Origin: Dehalococcoidia bacterium
GTDB lineage: Bacteria; Chloroflexota; Dehalococcoidia; Bin125
DNA: 64,000 nt
Assembly: GCA_963555985.3 (NCBI GenBank)
Contig: OY820591.1
Span: 3,040,001 to 3,104,000, forward strand
Direction of reading: 5' to 3'
The stretch's first letter is position 1. The number at the start of each line of letters is the position of its first letter. Below the pieces are notes generated by a model. That model was not told the DNA's origin. It was given only the letters and a program-made list of their open reading frames with translations, and did not search any database. Shown in pieces: positions 37,867-47,556 of the stretch. The position numbers and the translations under genes were made by a program.

Positions 37867-38463
37867 TCACGACGTCCCCCGCCGCGCGTCGAGCCGCCAG
37901 GCAATCTCTTGCTCCTGCTCACGGTACGCCCGCTCGCGCCGCAGTTCGGGCGATTCGAACATGTCAGGTTGATCGAGCTTCCGCTCGCGCATCAGCCGCT
38001 GCACAAGCTGCTCCTGAGATTCCAACGCGCCATCGGCGCGAATGTGGACAACATCAACGCCGGCGGCATCCAACGTTCGCCCCAGCAGAATGCCCCGGTG
38101 GCAGGAGAGCGGATCAGCTTCGGCGCACATCAGCGCAGTCGGCGTGCGCTCGGCGTCTGCGACGGCGCGGTGCAACGCTTCGGAGAACGCGGGCTGAGCA
38201 GCGACGCGGGCATACACCACCCGACCCTCCGCATAGCAGGCCGGATCGGTCGGCCTGGCCCCAAGCGCCACTCCTGCGAATTGATAGGCAAGACCATGCC
38301 GTCGCAGCAGCGCCTCCAGCGCCTCTCGATTGAACCAGGTCGTATAGGCGCTGTAGGGCTGCGCCCGCACGTCGATTATCAGCCCGATGCAGTGCTGCAA
38401 GAGCAGTGCGACAAATGCGTCAGGCTGGTGGTTCGAGTGTCCGACGGTATAGACGCGCGGCAT
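37867..38463 (-). CDS. DUF488 domain protein
   Basis: YTVGHSNH, IDVR..PYS, LMCAEADPLSCHR. Confidence 0.88.
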   Translation of the reverse strand: MPRVYTVGHSNHQPDAFVALLLQHCIGLIIDVRAQPYSAYTTWFNREALEALLRRHGLAYQFAGVALGARPTDPACYAEGRVVYARVAAQPAFSEALHRAVADAERTPTALMCAEADPLSCHRGILLGRTLDAAGVDVVHIRADGALESQEQLVQRLMRERKLDQPDMFESPELRRERAYREQEQEIAWRLDARRGTS

Positions 38464-38478
38464 CGGCGTTCATTCGCG

Positions 38479-39840
38479 CTACGGATAGAACAGCTTCTGC
38501 GCCGCCTTGCGCAACTCGCCCCGAAAGTCCGGATGCGCCACCGCGATCAGCTCCTCCGCTCGCTGACGCACCGTCTTCCCCAGCAACCGCGCGATCCCGT
38601 ACTCCGTCACCACCGTATCGGCGATGTCACGCGGCACCGTGACGATCTGGCCGGGGTCGAACTGGGCCATGATCGTCGAGATCGTGCCGTCGCGGTTGGT
38701 CGAGGGCAGCACGGTGACCGAGCGGCCCTTCGGCGCGAGGTAAGCGCCCAAGGCGAAGGCCAGGTGACCTCCGACGCCTGCGTAGACCCGCGGGCCGATC
38801 GTGTGCACCCCGAGCTGACCGCTCAGATCGGCCGTCAGCGCCCCATTAATCGCGACGATGTTCTCGTTGCGCGCAATCTGCCGAGGATCGAGCAGATATT
38901 CAATCGAGTACGTCTCAAACGCGGGGTTGCGATGCACCGTGGCGATCTCGTCGGGCGTGTTGCCGATCACCGTCGCGACGAACTTGTCCGGATGCGTCTT
39001 GGAGTACTTGCCCGTGATGATGCCCCGCTCGACCAGCGGGACCAGTCCCTCGGTCGTGAGCTCGGCGAAGTAGGAGAGATTCTCCCGCTCGTCGAACGCG
39101 CCCAACCGCGCCAGCGCGCCCGAGTGCGAGCCGACGCCGACCTGGATCGTGTCGCCGTCCTGGACGAGCTGCGACACGTAGTGAGTGAGGCCGAGGTCGA
39201 CCTGATTCGGCTCGGGGAACTCAAGGTTGACCATGACCGGCGTGTCGGCCGGCACGAAGCAATCGATCTCGGAGACGTGCAGCCAGGAGTCGCCGAAGGT
39301 CTCGACCACGTGGTCGTTGACCTCCGCGATCACCGTCTTGGCTCGCTTGGCCGAGGTCACACCGTCCCAGACCGAGCTGCCCAGCGAAACGAAGCCAGCT
39401 TCGTTCGGCGGAGTCGTGCGAATCTGCAGCACGTCAATCGGCCAGGCTTCGTCCTCGCGGCCTGCGTCCCAGGCCTTGTGAATGCCGACCAACCAGTACG
39501 GGTGGTAGTCGGCGATGCCGGCATTGACGGCATCGCGGTCGAACAGCGTACCGAACTGCGGCGCGACGCTGAACGCCGACATCATCTCTTCAGTGAACCA
39601 GCCGGCATCGGGCACGACGATGCCGCGCACCTCAACGCCCTCAAGTTCGTCGCTGCGAGCGACCAGCGCTTGCAGGATCGGCAGCGAAGCGTGTCCCGGC
39701 GGAATCCAGAGGTGATCGCCCGAGTTGAACATTCCGGCGGCCATCTCAGGCGTGGCTAGCCGTTCGGCGTACACGTCGCGCCAGTTGATCGCGGGATCGA
39801 AGCGAGTAGTGCCGGGTCGGAGATACGAAGACATGCTCAT
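38479..39840 (-). CDS. Acetyl-CoA hydrolase/transferase (4-hydroxybutyrate CoA-transferase-like)
   Basis: DGDTIQVGVG, AINGAL.ADLSGQ, GVGG, VVTEYGIA.L.GKT..QRAEELIAVAHPDFR. Confidence 0.9.
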   Translation of the reverse strand: MSMSSYLRPGTTRFDPAINWRDVYAERLATPEMAAGMFNSGDHLWIPPGHASLPILQALVARSDELEGVEVRGIVVPDAGWFTEEMMSAFSVAPQFGTLFDRDAVNAGIADYHPYWLVGIHKAWDAGREDEAWPIDVLQIRTTPPNEAGFVSLGSSVWDGVTSAKRAKTVIAEVNDHVVETFGDSWLHVSEIDCFVPADTPVMVNLEFPEPNQVDLGLTHYVSQLVQDGDTIQVGVGSHSGALARLGAFDERENLSYFAELTTEGLVPLVERGIITGKYSKTHPDKFVATVIGNTPDEIATVHRNPAFETYSIEYLLDPRQIARNENIVAINGALTADLSGQLGVHTIGPRVYAGVGGHLAFALGAYLAPKGRSVTVLPSTNRDGTISTIMAQFDPGQIVTVPRDIADTVVTEYGIARLLGKTVRQRAEELIAVAHPDFRGELRKAAQKLFYP

Positions 39841-39946
39841 CGGCGTGCTCCAGGTTTGCTGCTTAAGCCCGTTCATCGGCTCAGCGGGAGGTTAGACTCG
39901 GACACAAAGGTACCGAACAACTGCGATCAGGCAGAGGAGGCTCAGC

Positions 39947-41137
39947 ATGGCGACCGACGGACGGATGGATTTCGGCATTTTCATGGCTCCCTTTCACCGC
40001 GTCGGCGAGAATCCCTCGCTGGCGATGCACCGTGATCTGGAGTTGCTGGAGTGGCTCGACCAACTCGGCTACGACGAGGCCTGGATCGGCGAGCATCACT
40101 CCGCCGGTTGGGAGCTGATCGCTTCGCCCGAGGTCTTCATCGCCGCCGCCGCCGAGCGCACCCGCAACATCCGCCTCGGTACGGGCGTGGTCAGCCTGCC
40201 CTACCACCACCCGCTCATGGTTGTGGATCGCATGATCCAGCTCGACCACATGACCCGCGGCCGCGCGATGATGGGCGTCGGCCCCGGCGCGCTCTCCTCC
40301 GACGCGCGGATGATGGGCATCGATCCGCTCTACCAGCGTCAGCGCATGGACGAGTCGCTGGAAGCGATCCTCGCGCTGCTCAAGCAGGACGGGCCGGTCA
40401 ACATCGAGCGCGACTGGTTCGAACTCGTTGACGCGCGGCTGCAAGTGTCGCCTTACACGAAGCCGCATTTCGAGATGGCGGTCGCCAGTACCGTTTCCCC
40501 CTCCGGACGCCAGATCGCGGGCAAGTACGGGATCGGGATGCTCAGCATCGGGGTCTATCTGCCCGAGGGGCGCAGCAACCTCGAGGGCCAGTGGCTTGAG
40601 GTTGAGGAGGCCGCCGAGCGTCACGGGCAAGAGGTCGACCGCAACAAGTGGCGCATGGTCTTGCCGATGTACATCGCCGAGACGCGCGAGCAGGCCTTCA
40701 ACGAATGCCGCGAGGGCTGGCGCGCCTGGCAGCTCGACTACTTCCGCGACACCTTGCAGGCATTCGTCCCCGGTATGGCGGAAACGCCGGAGGGCGCCGT
40801 CGAGTCGGGCGGCGCGATCATCGGCACGCCTGACGACGCGATCAACGCCATCGAGATCCTGCAAGAGAACTCGGGCGGTTTCGGCGGTCTGATGATGCTC
40901 GCCCACGAGTGGGCCAACCGCGAGGGCATCCGCCGCTCCTACGAGCTCTTCGCCCGCTACGTCGCCCCCCGCTTCCAGGGCCAGCTCGGCTCGATCGAGG
41001 GCACACAGCAGTGGGTCGCCGCCGGCGGCGGCGCAGTCTCCTTCAGCCGCAACGACGTCCTGGCGAAGGCGTTCCAGGATGCCGGCCAAGAGGTGCCGGA
41101 GTTCTTGCAAGCTCCAGCGGAGGCGGCGTCGGACTAA
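39947..41137 (+). CDS. LLM-class flavin-dependent monooxygenase (limonene 1,2-monooxygenase-like)
   Basis: FGIFMAPFH, WIGEHHSAGWE, IRLGTGVVSLPYHHP. Confidence 0.9.
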   Translation: MATDGRMDFGIFMAPFHRVGENPSLAMHRDLELLEWLDQLGYDEAWIGEHHSAGWELIASPEVFIAAAAERTRNIRLGTGVVSLPYHHPLMVVDRMIQLDHMTRGRAMMGVGPGALSSDARMMGIDPLYQRQRMDESLEAILALLKQDGPVNIERDWFELVDARLQVSPYTKPHFEMAVASTVSPSGRQIAGKYGIGMLSIGVYLPEGRSNLEGQWLEVEEAAERHGQEVDRNKWRMVLPMYIAETREQAFNECREGWRAWQLDYFRDTLQAFVPGMAETPEGAVESGGAIIGTPDDAINAIEILQENSGGFGGLMMLAHEWANREGIRRSYELFARYVAPRFQGQLGSIEGTQQWVAAGGGAVSFSRNDVLAKAFQDAGQEVPEFLQAPAEAASD

Positions 41138-41201
41138 GGCTTGTTCCGATCGACGCGCCGGCGTCGGCTTCTGCCTGCACCGGGGATGCTGCGGGGCTGT
41201 G

Positions 41202-43103
41202 TTAGCGGGCCGCAATCGTGATGGTGTAGGAGCCGCCAGGGGCGCTGTATCCGCGGACTTCCAGGTAGTAGACGCCCGAGGCGGGGGCTTCCCAATCGAT
41301 GCGTGAGGCCAGTGAGTCTGCGTGATCGTCGTTGAATGCCAACTCCTGCCCGGCGGCGTCGTACAACGTGATGACCGAATCTTCCAGCGTGTCGAGAGTG
41401 ACGTCGATCTGGTAGGACTGTCCCTGCTCAGCTTCGAACGCGAAGTAATCGCTGTCGTCGGCGTATTCGAGTGCGCCTGGCAGCGCCTCGCCGACTGTGG
41501 CAGCGGTGGCGTCAGCGGTTGAATCGCCATGGTCGTCGACGATGTCGGAGAGGCTGACGGTCAGGGTGTAGGAGCCGGAGCCGTAGCCGGTGACCTGCGC
41601 GTAGTGCGAGCCCGACGCGGAGGCCCTCCAGACGATGCGCGAGGCCAGTGAGTCTGCGTAATCGTCGTTGTAGGCCAGTTCCCAGCCGGCGGCGTCGTAC
41701 AACGTGATGACCGAATCTTCCAGCGTGTCGAGGGTGACGTCGATCTGGTAGGACTGTCCCTGCTCAGCTTCGAACGTGAAGTAATCGCTGTCGTCGGCGT
41801 ATTCGAGTGCACCTGGCAGCGCCTCGCCGACTGTGGCAGGGGTGGCGTCGGCGGTTGAATCGCCATGGTCGTCGACGATGTCGGAGAGGCTGATGGTCAG
41901 GGCGTAGGAGCCGGAGCCGTAGCCGCTGACCTGCACGTAATGCGAGCCCGAGGCGGAGGCCCTCCAGACGATGCGAGAGGCGAGCGAATCGATCTGGTCG
42001 TCGTTGTAGGTCAGTTCCCAGCCGTCGGCGTCGAACAGGGTGAGGATCGAGTCGTCCAGCGTGTCGAGGGTGACATCGATCTGATAGAACTGGCCTTGTT
42101 CAGCCTCGAACACGAAGAGGTTCCGGTCGCTCTCGTCTGCGAGCGTGCCCTGGGCGGCCTGGCCAACGGTCAAGACAACGGCCTGCTCGAAATTGAGTGA
42201 AGCTTCCGATTCAACGGATGTCGCCTCAACTGCATCGGACTCAGCAGTGACCAGGCTCGGAACGCAGGTCAAGAGGCCGATGACCATGGTCTCGCTCGCG
42301 TCTGAGTCTTCCTCAGCGTCGATCACGGCAGCCCAGTCGCTGTCGGCCGCCCACTCTTGCAGGCAGGCAACCTCGTCTTCGCTCAGATCTTCCAGCTCAG
42401 CGCCGAACCCGCTCAGTACGACGGTCAGAAGGTAGTTCGGGATGCAGTTGAAGAAGTCCGCGAGGAACGCGGCCAGTACGGACTGGTCGTTGGCGTCGTT
42501 CATCGCGGCGGCGAGCAGGGCGGCCGGATCGAGGTCCGCGATCGACTCGTTCAGGCAGGACAGCTCGCTCTCGCTCAACTCCACATCAACGCCTTCCAGC
42601 AATCCTGCGATGATGCTGGCGAGGAAGAGGGCGCGGGCGGTCTCGGGCGCGAGACAGGCGAATGCGGTTACTTCCCACTGCTGCGGGTTGTCCTCGCTGA
42701 GGACGGGTCGGCGGAGGGCTGATTCGAGCTGATCTGCGCCCAGCTCGCTGCGGAGACACGACTGCTCGGAGTCGGTGAGGGTGTCGAATACTTCCTGCCA
42801 CAGGGTGTCGCGATTGATCTCGAGTTCGGCGACGACAGCGGTTGGCTCCTGCGTGGACTGCTCAGCCGGTCGTCCGGAGGTCTCGGTCGTCGCGGATTGT
42901 TGGGCAGCGGATTGCTGGGCAGCGGGTTGGGCGTCGGCGGTCTCGGCGGCCGTTTGCTGGTCGGCCGTTTGCTGGGCGGCCGTTTGCGAATCGGCCGCTT
43001 CGGGCGCTGATGGCGGGTCGTCGCCGCAAGCGCTCAGGACGAACGCGACGGCGAACGCGAGGAGCAGAACAGGCGCGAGCGAGGGGAATCGAGCGACAGT
43101 CAT
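41202..43103 (-). CDS. Lipoprotein with Cys-paired helical repeats and three PPC (pre-peptidase C-terminal)-like domains
   Basis: Lipobox LSAC; 112-aa (336-bp) repeats DDHGD...DYF.FEAEQGQ.YQIDV...YNDD...SRI.W.A..SG..Y..V.GY. Confidence 0.85.
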   Translation of the reverse strand: MTVARFPSLAPVLLLAFAVAFVLSACGDDPPSAPEAADSQTAAQQTADQQTAAETADAQPAAQQSAAQQSATTETSGRPAEQSTQEPTAVVAELEINRDTLWQEVFDTLTDSEQSCLRSELGADQLESALRRPVLSEDNPQQWEVTAFACLAPETARALFLASIIAGLLEGVDVELSESELSCLNESIADLDPAALLAAAMNDANDQSVLAAFLADFFNCIPNYLLTVVLSGFGAELEDLSEDEVACLQEWAADSDWAAVIDAEEDSDASETMVIGLLTCVPSLVTAESDAVEATSVESEASLNFEQAVVLTVGQAAQGTLADESDRNLFVFEAEQGQFYQIDVTLDTLDDSILTLFDADGWELTYNDDQIDSLASRIVWRASASGSHYVQVSGYGSGSYALTISLSDIVDDHGDSTADATPATVGEALPGALEYADDSDYFTFEAEQGQSYQIDVTLDTLEDSVITLYDAAGWELAYNDDYADSLASRIVWRASASGSHYAQVTGYGSGSYTLTVSLSDIVDDHGDSTADATAATVGEALPGALEYADDSDYFAFEAEQGQSYQIDVTLDTLEDSVITLYDAAGQELAFNDDHADSLASRIDWEAPASGVYYLEVRGYSAPGGSYTITIAAR

Positions 43104-43248
43104 TCGGCGGCCCTCTCAGAGTGCGCTGATCGGAGAACGCGCCTCAATGTTCTTGCTCGGCCGGATCGGATGAAGCCGGCCCACCACCCCATGGTAGTCA
43201 GCAGACATGCCGGTGGCAGATTCGGGGCTCGAGGCTGCCCGGGAATGC

Positions 43249-43947
43249 TCACCACAGCAACGAGTCGCCAAGCTCCCGTAGTTGGCGGCGGTGGTGCTGC
43301 GCGTCGGGCATGACGCTCTCGACGAGGGCCCAGTATTTGGGGCTGTGATCCGGCTGAATCAGGTGGCAGAGCTCGTGCACCACGACGTAGTCGATGATTT
43401 CAGGCGGGGCGAAGATCAAGCGCCAGTTGAAGCTGAGCGTGCCTCTGGATGAGGCGCTGCCCCAGCGGGTCTTCTGATTGCGAATCTGGAGGCGCTTCGG
43501 TTGTACGCCGACAATCGGCGACCAGTGTTCGACTTGGGCGGTGAAGTGGTCGCGAGCGTACTCGCGCAGCCAAGCTTCGGCATACGCGGCGCGTTCCGGT
43601 TTCGAGACATCGACCCGGAAGCGCTCGCCGTCGAACTGAAACGGGGCCAGACTGGCCTCAACCGGATAGCGAACGCCAAGCAGCGGCAGCAAGCCGCCTT
43701 CACCCAACTGGGATCGCAAACCGATCGGGCGCGCGCTGTCCAGATGCGACGCGATCCAGTCGGCTCGCTGCGCCACGAACTCTGCAATCTGCTGTTGCGG
43801 CGTTCGCGCCGGCGCGAGCACGCGAACCCGGTCACCCTCGATCGAGATCGTGACGTTCTTGCGGCGGCGCGGGCTGCGGTGCAACTCGTAGCTAATCCGG
43901 CGACCGTTGACGGTCGCCTGGCGTTCGCTCGGACGGCCGCAGGGCAC
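43249..43947 (-). CDS. YgjP/DUF45-like zinc metalloprotease
   Basis: IRNQKTRWGS, FNWRL, YVVVHELCHL...HSPKYW. Confidence 0.88.
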   Translation of the reverse strand: MPCGRPSERQATVNGRRISYELHRSPRRRKNVTISIEGDRVRVLAPARTPQQQIAEFVAQRADWIASHLDSARPIGLRSQLGEGGLLPLLGVRYPVEASLAPFQFDGERFRVDVSKPERAAYAEAWLREYARDHFTAQVEHWSPIVGVQPKRLQIRNQKTRWGSASSRGTLSFNWRLIFAPPEIIDYVVVHELCHLIQPDHSPKYWALVESVMPDAQHHRRQLRELGDSLLW

Positions 43948-43949
43948 GG

Positions 43950-45242
43950 TCAGGTCCCGTTGGCAGCGCGGCTGAAGGCGGTACCCAGCCGCTCGGCGGC
44001 ATCCGGGAGCTGCTCAGCAGGCGGCCAGCTATAGGAGAGACGGAGCGACTCGCCGTCGTCGCCGGGATCGCGGCGGGGGTAGAAGTTGTGGCCGGAGGGG
44101 AAGGTGAGACCGTCTTCGGCGGCGATGTCGCGCACTGAGTCGGCGGTTAGGCCCTGGCGGAGCTTGAGCCAGAGAAAGAAGCCGCCGCTGGGAGCAGCGA
44201 GATCGAAGTAGGGCTCGCCGTAGGGATCGAGCGCCTCGATCAGGGTTTGGGCCTTGAGCGCGTAGAGGCTGCGCATCCGGTCGGCGTGCTCGCGGAAATC
44301 GCCGCGCACCATGTATTCGTGGAGCATTCGGTGCAGGAGGGGGCTGTTGCCCATGTCGAAGCGAGCGGGCACCATCGCCTGGATCCAGTCCGGCCGGGCC
44401 TGGACCCAGCCGACCCGCAGGCCGGTCGCGATCACCTTCGAGAAGGTGCCTACAGTGAGCACGCCCCAGCCGTCGGTCAGTTCCGAGAGTGTGGGCGGAG
44501 GCGGTGCGTCGAAGTAGAGCTCCGAGTAGGCGTGATCCTCCATCAGCAGGATCTGCCGGCGGGCCGCAAGCTCGATCAGGTCGAGCCGCCGTTCCAGCGT
44601 CATCGTCAGACCGGTCGGATTGTGGAAGGTGGGCTGGGTATAGATCAGCTTGACTCGCTCGCCCTCAGCTTCGAGCCGGTTGATGGTGGATTCGAGTTCG
44701 TCCAGGCGAATGCCCTCGTCGTCCATGCCAACGCCGACCACGTTGGCCTGCTTGCCCCGAATCGTGCGCAGCGAACCAGCGAAGGTGGGGATTTCGGTGA
44801 TCACGACATCGCCCGGATCGAGGAAGGAGGCGCAGATCGACTCGATCGCGCCGGCGGCGCCGTTGGTGAGCAGGTACCAGTCGGCATTGGGCTGGGCGGG
44901 ATGGTTGCGAGCGAAGTAGCGGGCCATCTCGTCGCGCAGCGGTTCGAAGCCCTGCGCGCCGCCGTAGACCAGTGCGGCGTCGCCCGGTTGCTCCAGAACC
45001 CGGCCGATCGCGGCCAGCAACTGCTCGCGCGGCTGGGTCTCGGCATCGGGAATGCCCGCGCCGAGCGAGATCGGCGGCCTCCCGCTGACCGGCGCTCGGC
45101 CCGAGAGGCCCCACTCGGTCATGTTGCCGGCGGTCATGCCGCGTGTCGAGATACTCGTGCCGAGCAGCGAAGGGAAGCTCTCCCAGGCCTCGCGCGCCGC
45201 TTCCACGGCGCGGCTATTGAGCGGGGCGGTCGGATTGGGCAT
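43950..45242 (-). CDS. PLP-dependent aminotransferase class I/II (2-aminoadipate transaminase-like)
   Basis: PTFHNPTG, EDHAY, GTFSKVIATGLRVGW. Confidence 0.92.
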   Translation of the reverse strand: MPNPTAPLNSRAVEAAREAWESFPSLLGTSISTRGMTAGNMTEWGLSGRAPVSGRPPISLGAGIPDAETQPREQLLAAIGRVLEQPGDAALVYGGAQGFEPLRDEMARYFARNHPAQPNADWYLLTNGAAGAIESICASFLDPGDVVITEIPTFAGSLRTIRGKQANVVGVGMDDEGIRLDELESTINRLEAEGERVKLIYTQPTFHNPTGLTMTLERRLDLIELAARRQILLMEDHAYSELYFDAPPPPTLSELTDGWGVLTVGTFSKVIATGLRVGWVQARPDWIQAMVPARFDMGNSPLLHRMLHEYMVRGDFREHADRMRSLYALKAQTLIEALDPYGEPYFDLAAPSGGFFLWLKLRQGLTADSVRDIAAEDGLTFPSGHNFYPRRDPGDDGESLRLSYSWPPAEQLPDAAERLGTAFSRAANGT

Positions 45243-45349
45243 GTGGATCTCCTGCACTGGAGCGTCTGCGGCAACCAACTCAGCTTAGGGGAGGTTCCAG
45301 GCAAGCTATGAATGGCGAAATTGGGAGTGTTGCGACGGTCTCCACTGGG

Positions 45350-45520
45350 CGGATGGAAGAATTTTTGGGCGGACGAGGCGAATTTTGCGGCTGTGGGCGG
45401 GGAATTGGGCGTCAGGTAGTCCGGATTTGTCCAGAAAAGTTCCGATTCGGCGGGATTTGGGGCTGTTTGGAGCGGAATTGCGAGTGTGGATCCGGGTTTG
45501 TCTCGCTTTGTCCAGGTGGG
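45350..45520 (-). repeat. G/T-rich intergenic tract with 10-bp-periodic (G/A)GACAAA units and AAAAATTCT motif (reverse orientation)
   Basis: Minus strand: ctggacaaag cgagacaaac ccgga; ctggacaaat ccggac; cccaaaaattcttcc. Confidence 0.55.
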
Positions 45521-45680
45521 CGGCGGCGGTCATGGCGGGTTCCGTTGGCGGTGGGCGCGGGAGTGAGTGCGGTTGATCGTATACGGACGGGCGTTCTGTG
45601 GCGGATCCGGGTTCTGGGCGGGATGTTGCGGGGGGCACAGTTGGGTTGGAGGCGGCGATTTCGCGGGGTGGGTGGGGCGG

Positions 45681-46000
45681 ACCCCCTCTGTCCCCCGCCT
45701 TCGCGGGGGCAGGCTCTACGTGACCTCTCCCCCCGCAGAGGGGGGAGAGGGGAGCTCGCGGCGAGTGATCCCCGCCTACGGAGAGCTTTGCAACATCCCC
45801 GATCTGAGCGTTTCGTCATTCTTGCAAACGCGAGAATCCACGTCTCACTCGATACGCCGCATGGATTCCCGCGTTCGCGGGAATGACGGAAACGGGGGTT
45901 TTGCAACGGCCTCCCTGCGCGGGGACAGGCTCGGCAGTGCGGGAGGAGGGGGGAATGGATTCGGCGCATCTCCCCGCAGTGCAGGGGGAGGAGAGGGGAT
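45681..46000. mobile_element. Nested repeat cluster: family A REP with inserted small palindrome, and a 133-bp MITE inside a second palindrome
   Basis: MITE at 45781-45913 (gagagctttgcaacatcccc ... gggggttttgcaacggcctc) flanked by cctacg and cctgcg; internal cgtcatt...gggaatgacgg. Confidence 0.75.
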
Positions 46001-46031
46001 AGTGGAGGAGTATCCCTTGTAGGATCGCGCT

Positions 46032-47054
46032 ATGGCACAGGACATTCAGCTCGGCGTGCTCGACCAGATCCCGATCCGCTCAGGCGGTACCGCAGCCACC
46101 GCGATCTCGGAGACCTTCAAACTCGCCGAGACCTGCGACCGTCTCGGCTTTTCGCGCTACTGGCTCGCCGAGCATCACAACGCCGGCTCGCTCGCCTGCG
46201 CCTCGCCCGAGCTGTTGATCCCTCAGGTCGCCGCCCACACCGAGCGAATCCGGGTCGGTTCGGGCGGGATCATGCTGCCCCACTACAGCTCGCTCAAAGT
46301 GGCCGAGAATTTTCGCACGATCACGACTCAGTTCCCCGGACGGATCGATCTCGGGGTCGGACGCGCCCCCGGCTCCGACGGACGCACCGCGCGGGCGCTC
46401 GTGCATGGTCCGGGGGCGCTGGGAATCGACCACTTCCCCGAGCAGCTGCTCGACCTCTACGGCTGGCTGGCGGACGACCTGCCGCCTGACCATCCCTACC
46501 GCGACGTGCGCGCGGCTCCGCCCGACGCGCCGATGCCCGAGCTGTGGCTGCTGGGATCGTCGCACTACGGCGGACACGTTGCCGCCGAGTTGGGCTGGTC
46601 GCACTGCTTCGCCCACTTCATCTCGCCCGAAGGCGGCGAACAGGTGGTGCGCAAGTACCGGCAGCGATTCCAGCCCTCACCCGTCAGTTCGGAGCCGCGC
46701 GCTTCGTTGGGCGTCTCGGTCACGGTTGCGCCCACCAGCGAAGAGGCGGAGCAGCTCTGCTGGAGCCGCTGGTGCTGGCGGATCAAGGGCAACCGAGGCA
46801 TGAGAGGCGGCATCCCCTCGGTCGAGGAAGCGCTCAACTTCCCCTACACCCAGCCGGAGTTGGACTACCTCGGCTACATGCAGGGACGCAGTATCCACGG
46901 CAGCCCCGAGCGGGTGCGGGAGAAGCTGGAACAGCTTGCAGCGACCTACGATGTGGACGAGTTCATCGTACTCACGATCACCTACGACTTTGAGTCGCGA
47001 GTGCGCTCGTACGAGTTGCTGGCGGAAGAGTTTGGGATGCTGTCCGGGAACTAG
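46032..47054 (+). CDS. LLM-class luciferase-like oxidoreductase
   Basis: VLDQIPI, YWLAEHHN, IRVGSGGIMLPHYS.LKVAE.F, GRIDLGVGRAPG. Confidence 0.92.
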   Translation: MAQDIQLGVLDQIPIRSGGTAATAISETFKLAETCDRLGFSRYWLAEHHNAGSLACASPELLIPQVAAHTERIRVGSGGIMLPHYSSLKVAENFRTITTQFPGRIDLGVGRAPGSDGRTARALVHGPGALGIDHFPEQLLDLYGWLADDLPPDHPYRDVRAAPPDAPMPELWLLGSSHYGGHVAAELGWSHCFAHFISPEGGEQVVRKYRQRFQPSPVSSEPRASLGVSVTVAPTSEEAEQLCWSRWCWRIKGNRGMRGGIPSVEEALNFPYTQPELDYLGYMQGRSIHGSPERVREKLEQLAATYDVDEFIVLTITYDFESRVRSYELLAEEFGMLSGN

Positions 47055-47175
47055 CAATCTTCTCTTCCCCGTTCGAGGTCTATGCGTTCGACCGTTTTCG
47101 GCGTCCCAACACCGCACAAAGCGGTAGAATGGCTGAGCCGGAAATACGCCGTGCGAGCGGCCAAGAGGAGGACGG

Positions 47176-47466
47176 ATGCGGGACGCGGAAACTCCAACCC
47201 CCACCCGCCGGTCTGCTGAAGAGACTGCCCGCTTGGGTGACGAGCTCTATGAGAGCGAGATCCGGCAGCAGGTGGAGGCGGAGCACCAGGGCGAGGTGGT
47301 CGCCATAGATGTGGACAGCGGCAGCTGGGCGATTGGCGACAACGTGATCGCGGCGTCGGAGCGCCTGCGCGCGCAGAGCCCGGACGCGGTTGACGTTTGG
47401 CTGCTTCGAGTGGGACACCGGGCGCTGCATCACTTTGGCGGACGTCCTCTGCGGAGCGTCGAGTGA
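47176..47466 (+). CDS. Small hypothetical protein of the type usually upstream of clan AA proteases
   Basis: EETARLGDELYESEIR..VE..H.G.VVAIDVDSG.W...LLRVG. Confidence 0.75.
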   Translation: MRDAETPTPTRRSAEETARLGDELYESEIRQQVEAEHQGEVVAIDVDSGSWAIGDNVIAASERLRAQSPDAVDVWLLRVGHRALHHFGGRPLRSVE

Positions 47467-47549
47467 TCGCAGGCGCAGTGAACGCCGCGTACGAACCCGT
47501 CGTGCCGCTGACCATGACTCCGGCATTGGCGACGGAGTTGAGCTCGTAG
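47463..47549 (+). pseudogene. Internally deleted clan AA aspartic protease remnant
   Basis: GTGA overlap; MIAGAVNAAYEPVVPL/TMTPALATEL* lacks the central DTG segment. Confidence 0.55.
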
Positions 47550-47556
47550 AGACTTC

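Noticed and set aside
36457-38463. MTase plus DUF488 as a complete defence system
   Set aside because: The genes are convergent, separated by repeat debris, and no cognate nuclease or usual partner is visible.
37909-39759. 616-aa + strand ORF
   Set aside because: Antisense to the DUF488 and CoA-transferase genes.
45306-46045. Several overlapping ORFs in the intergenic region
   Set aside because: They translate low-complexity and REP/MITE DNA and show no protein motifs.
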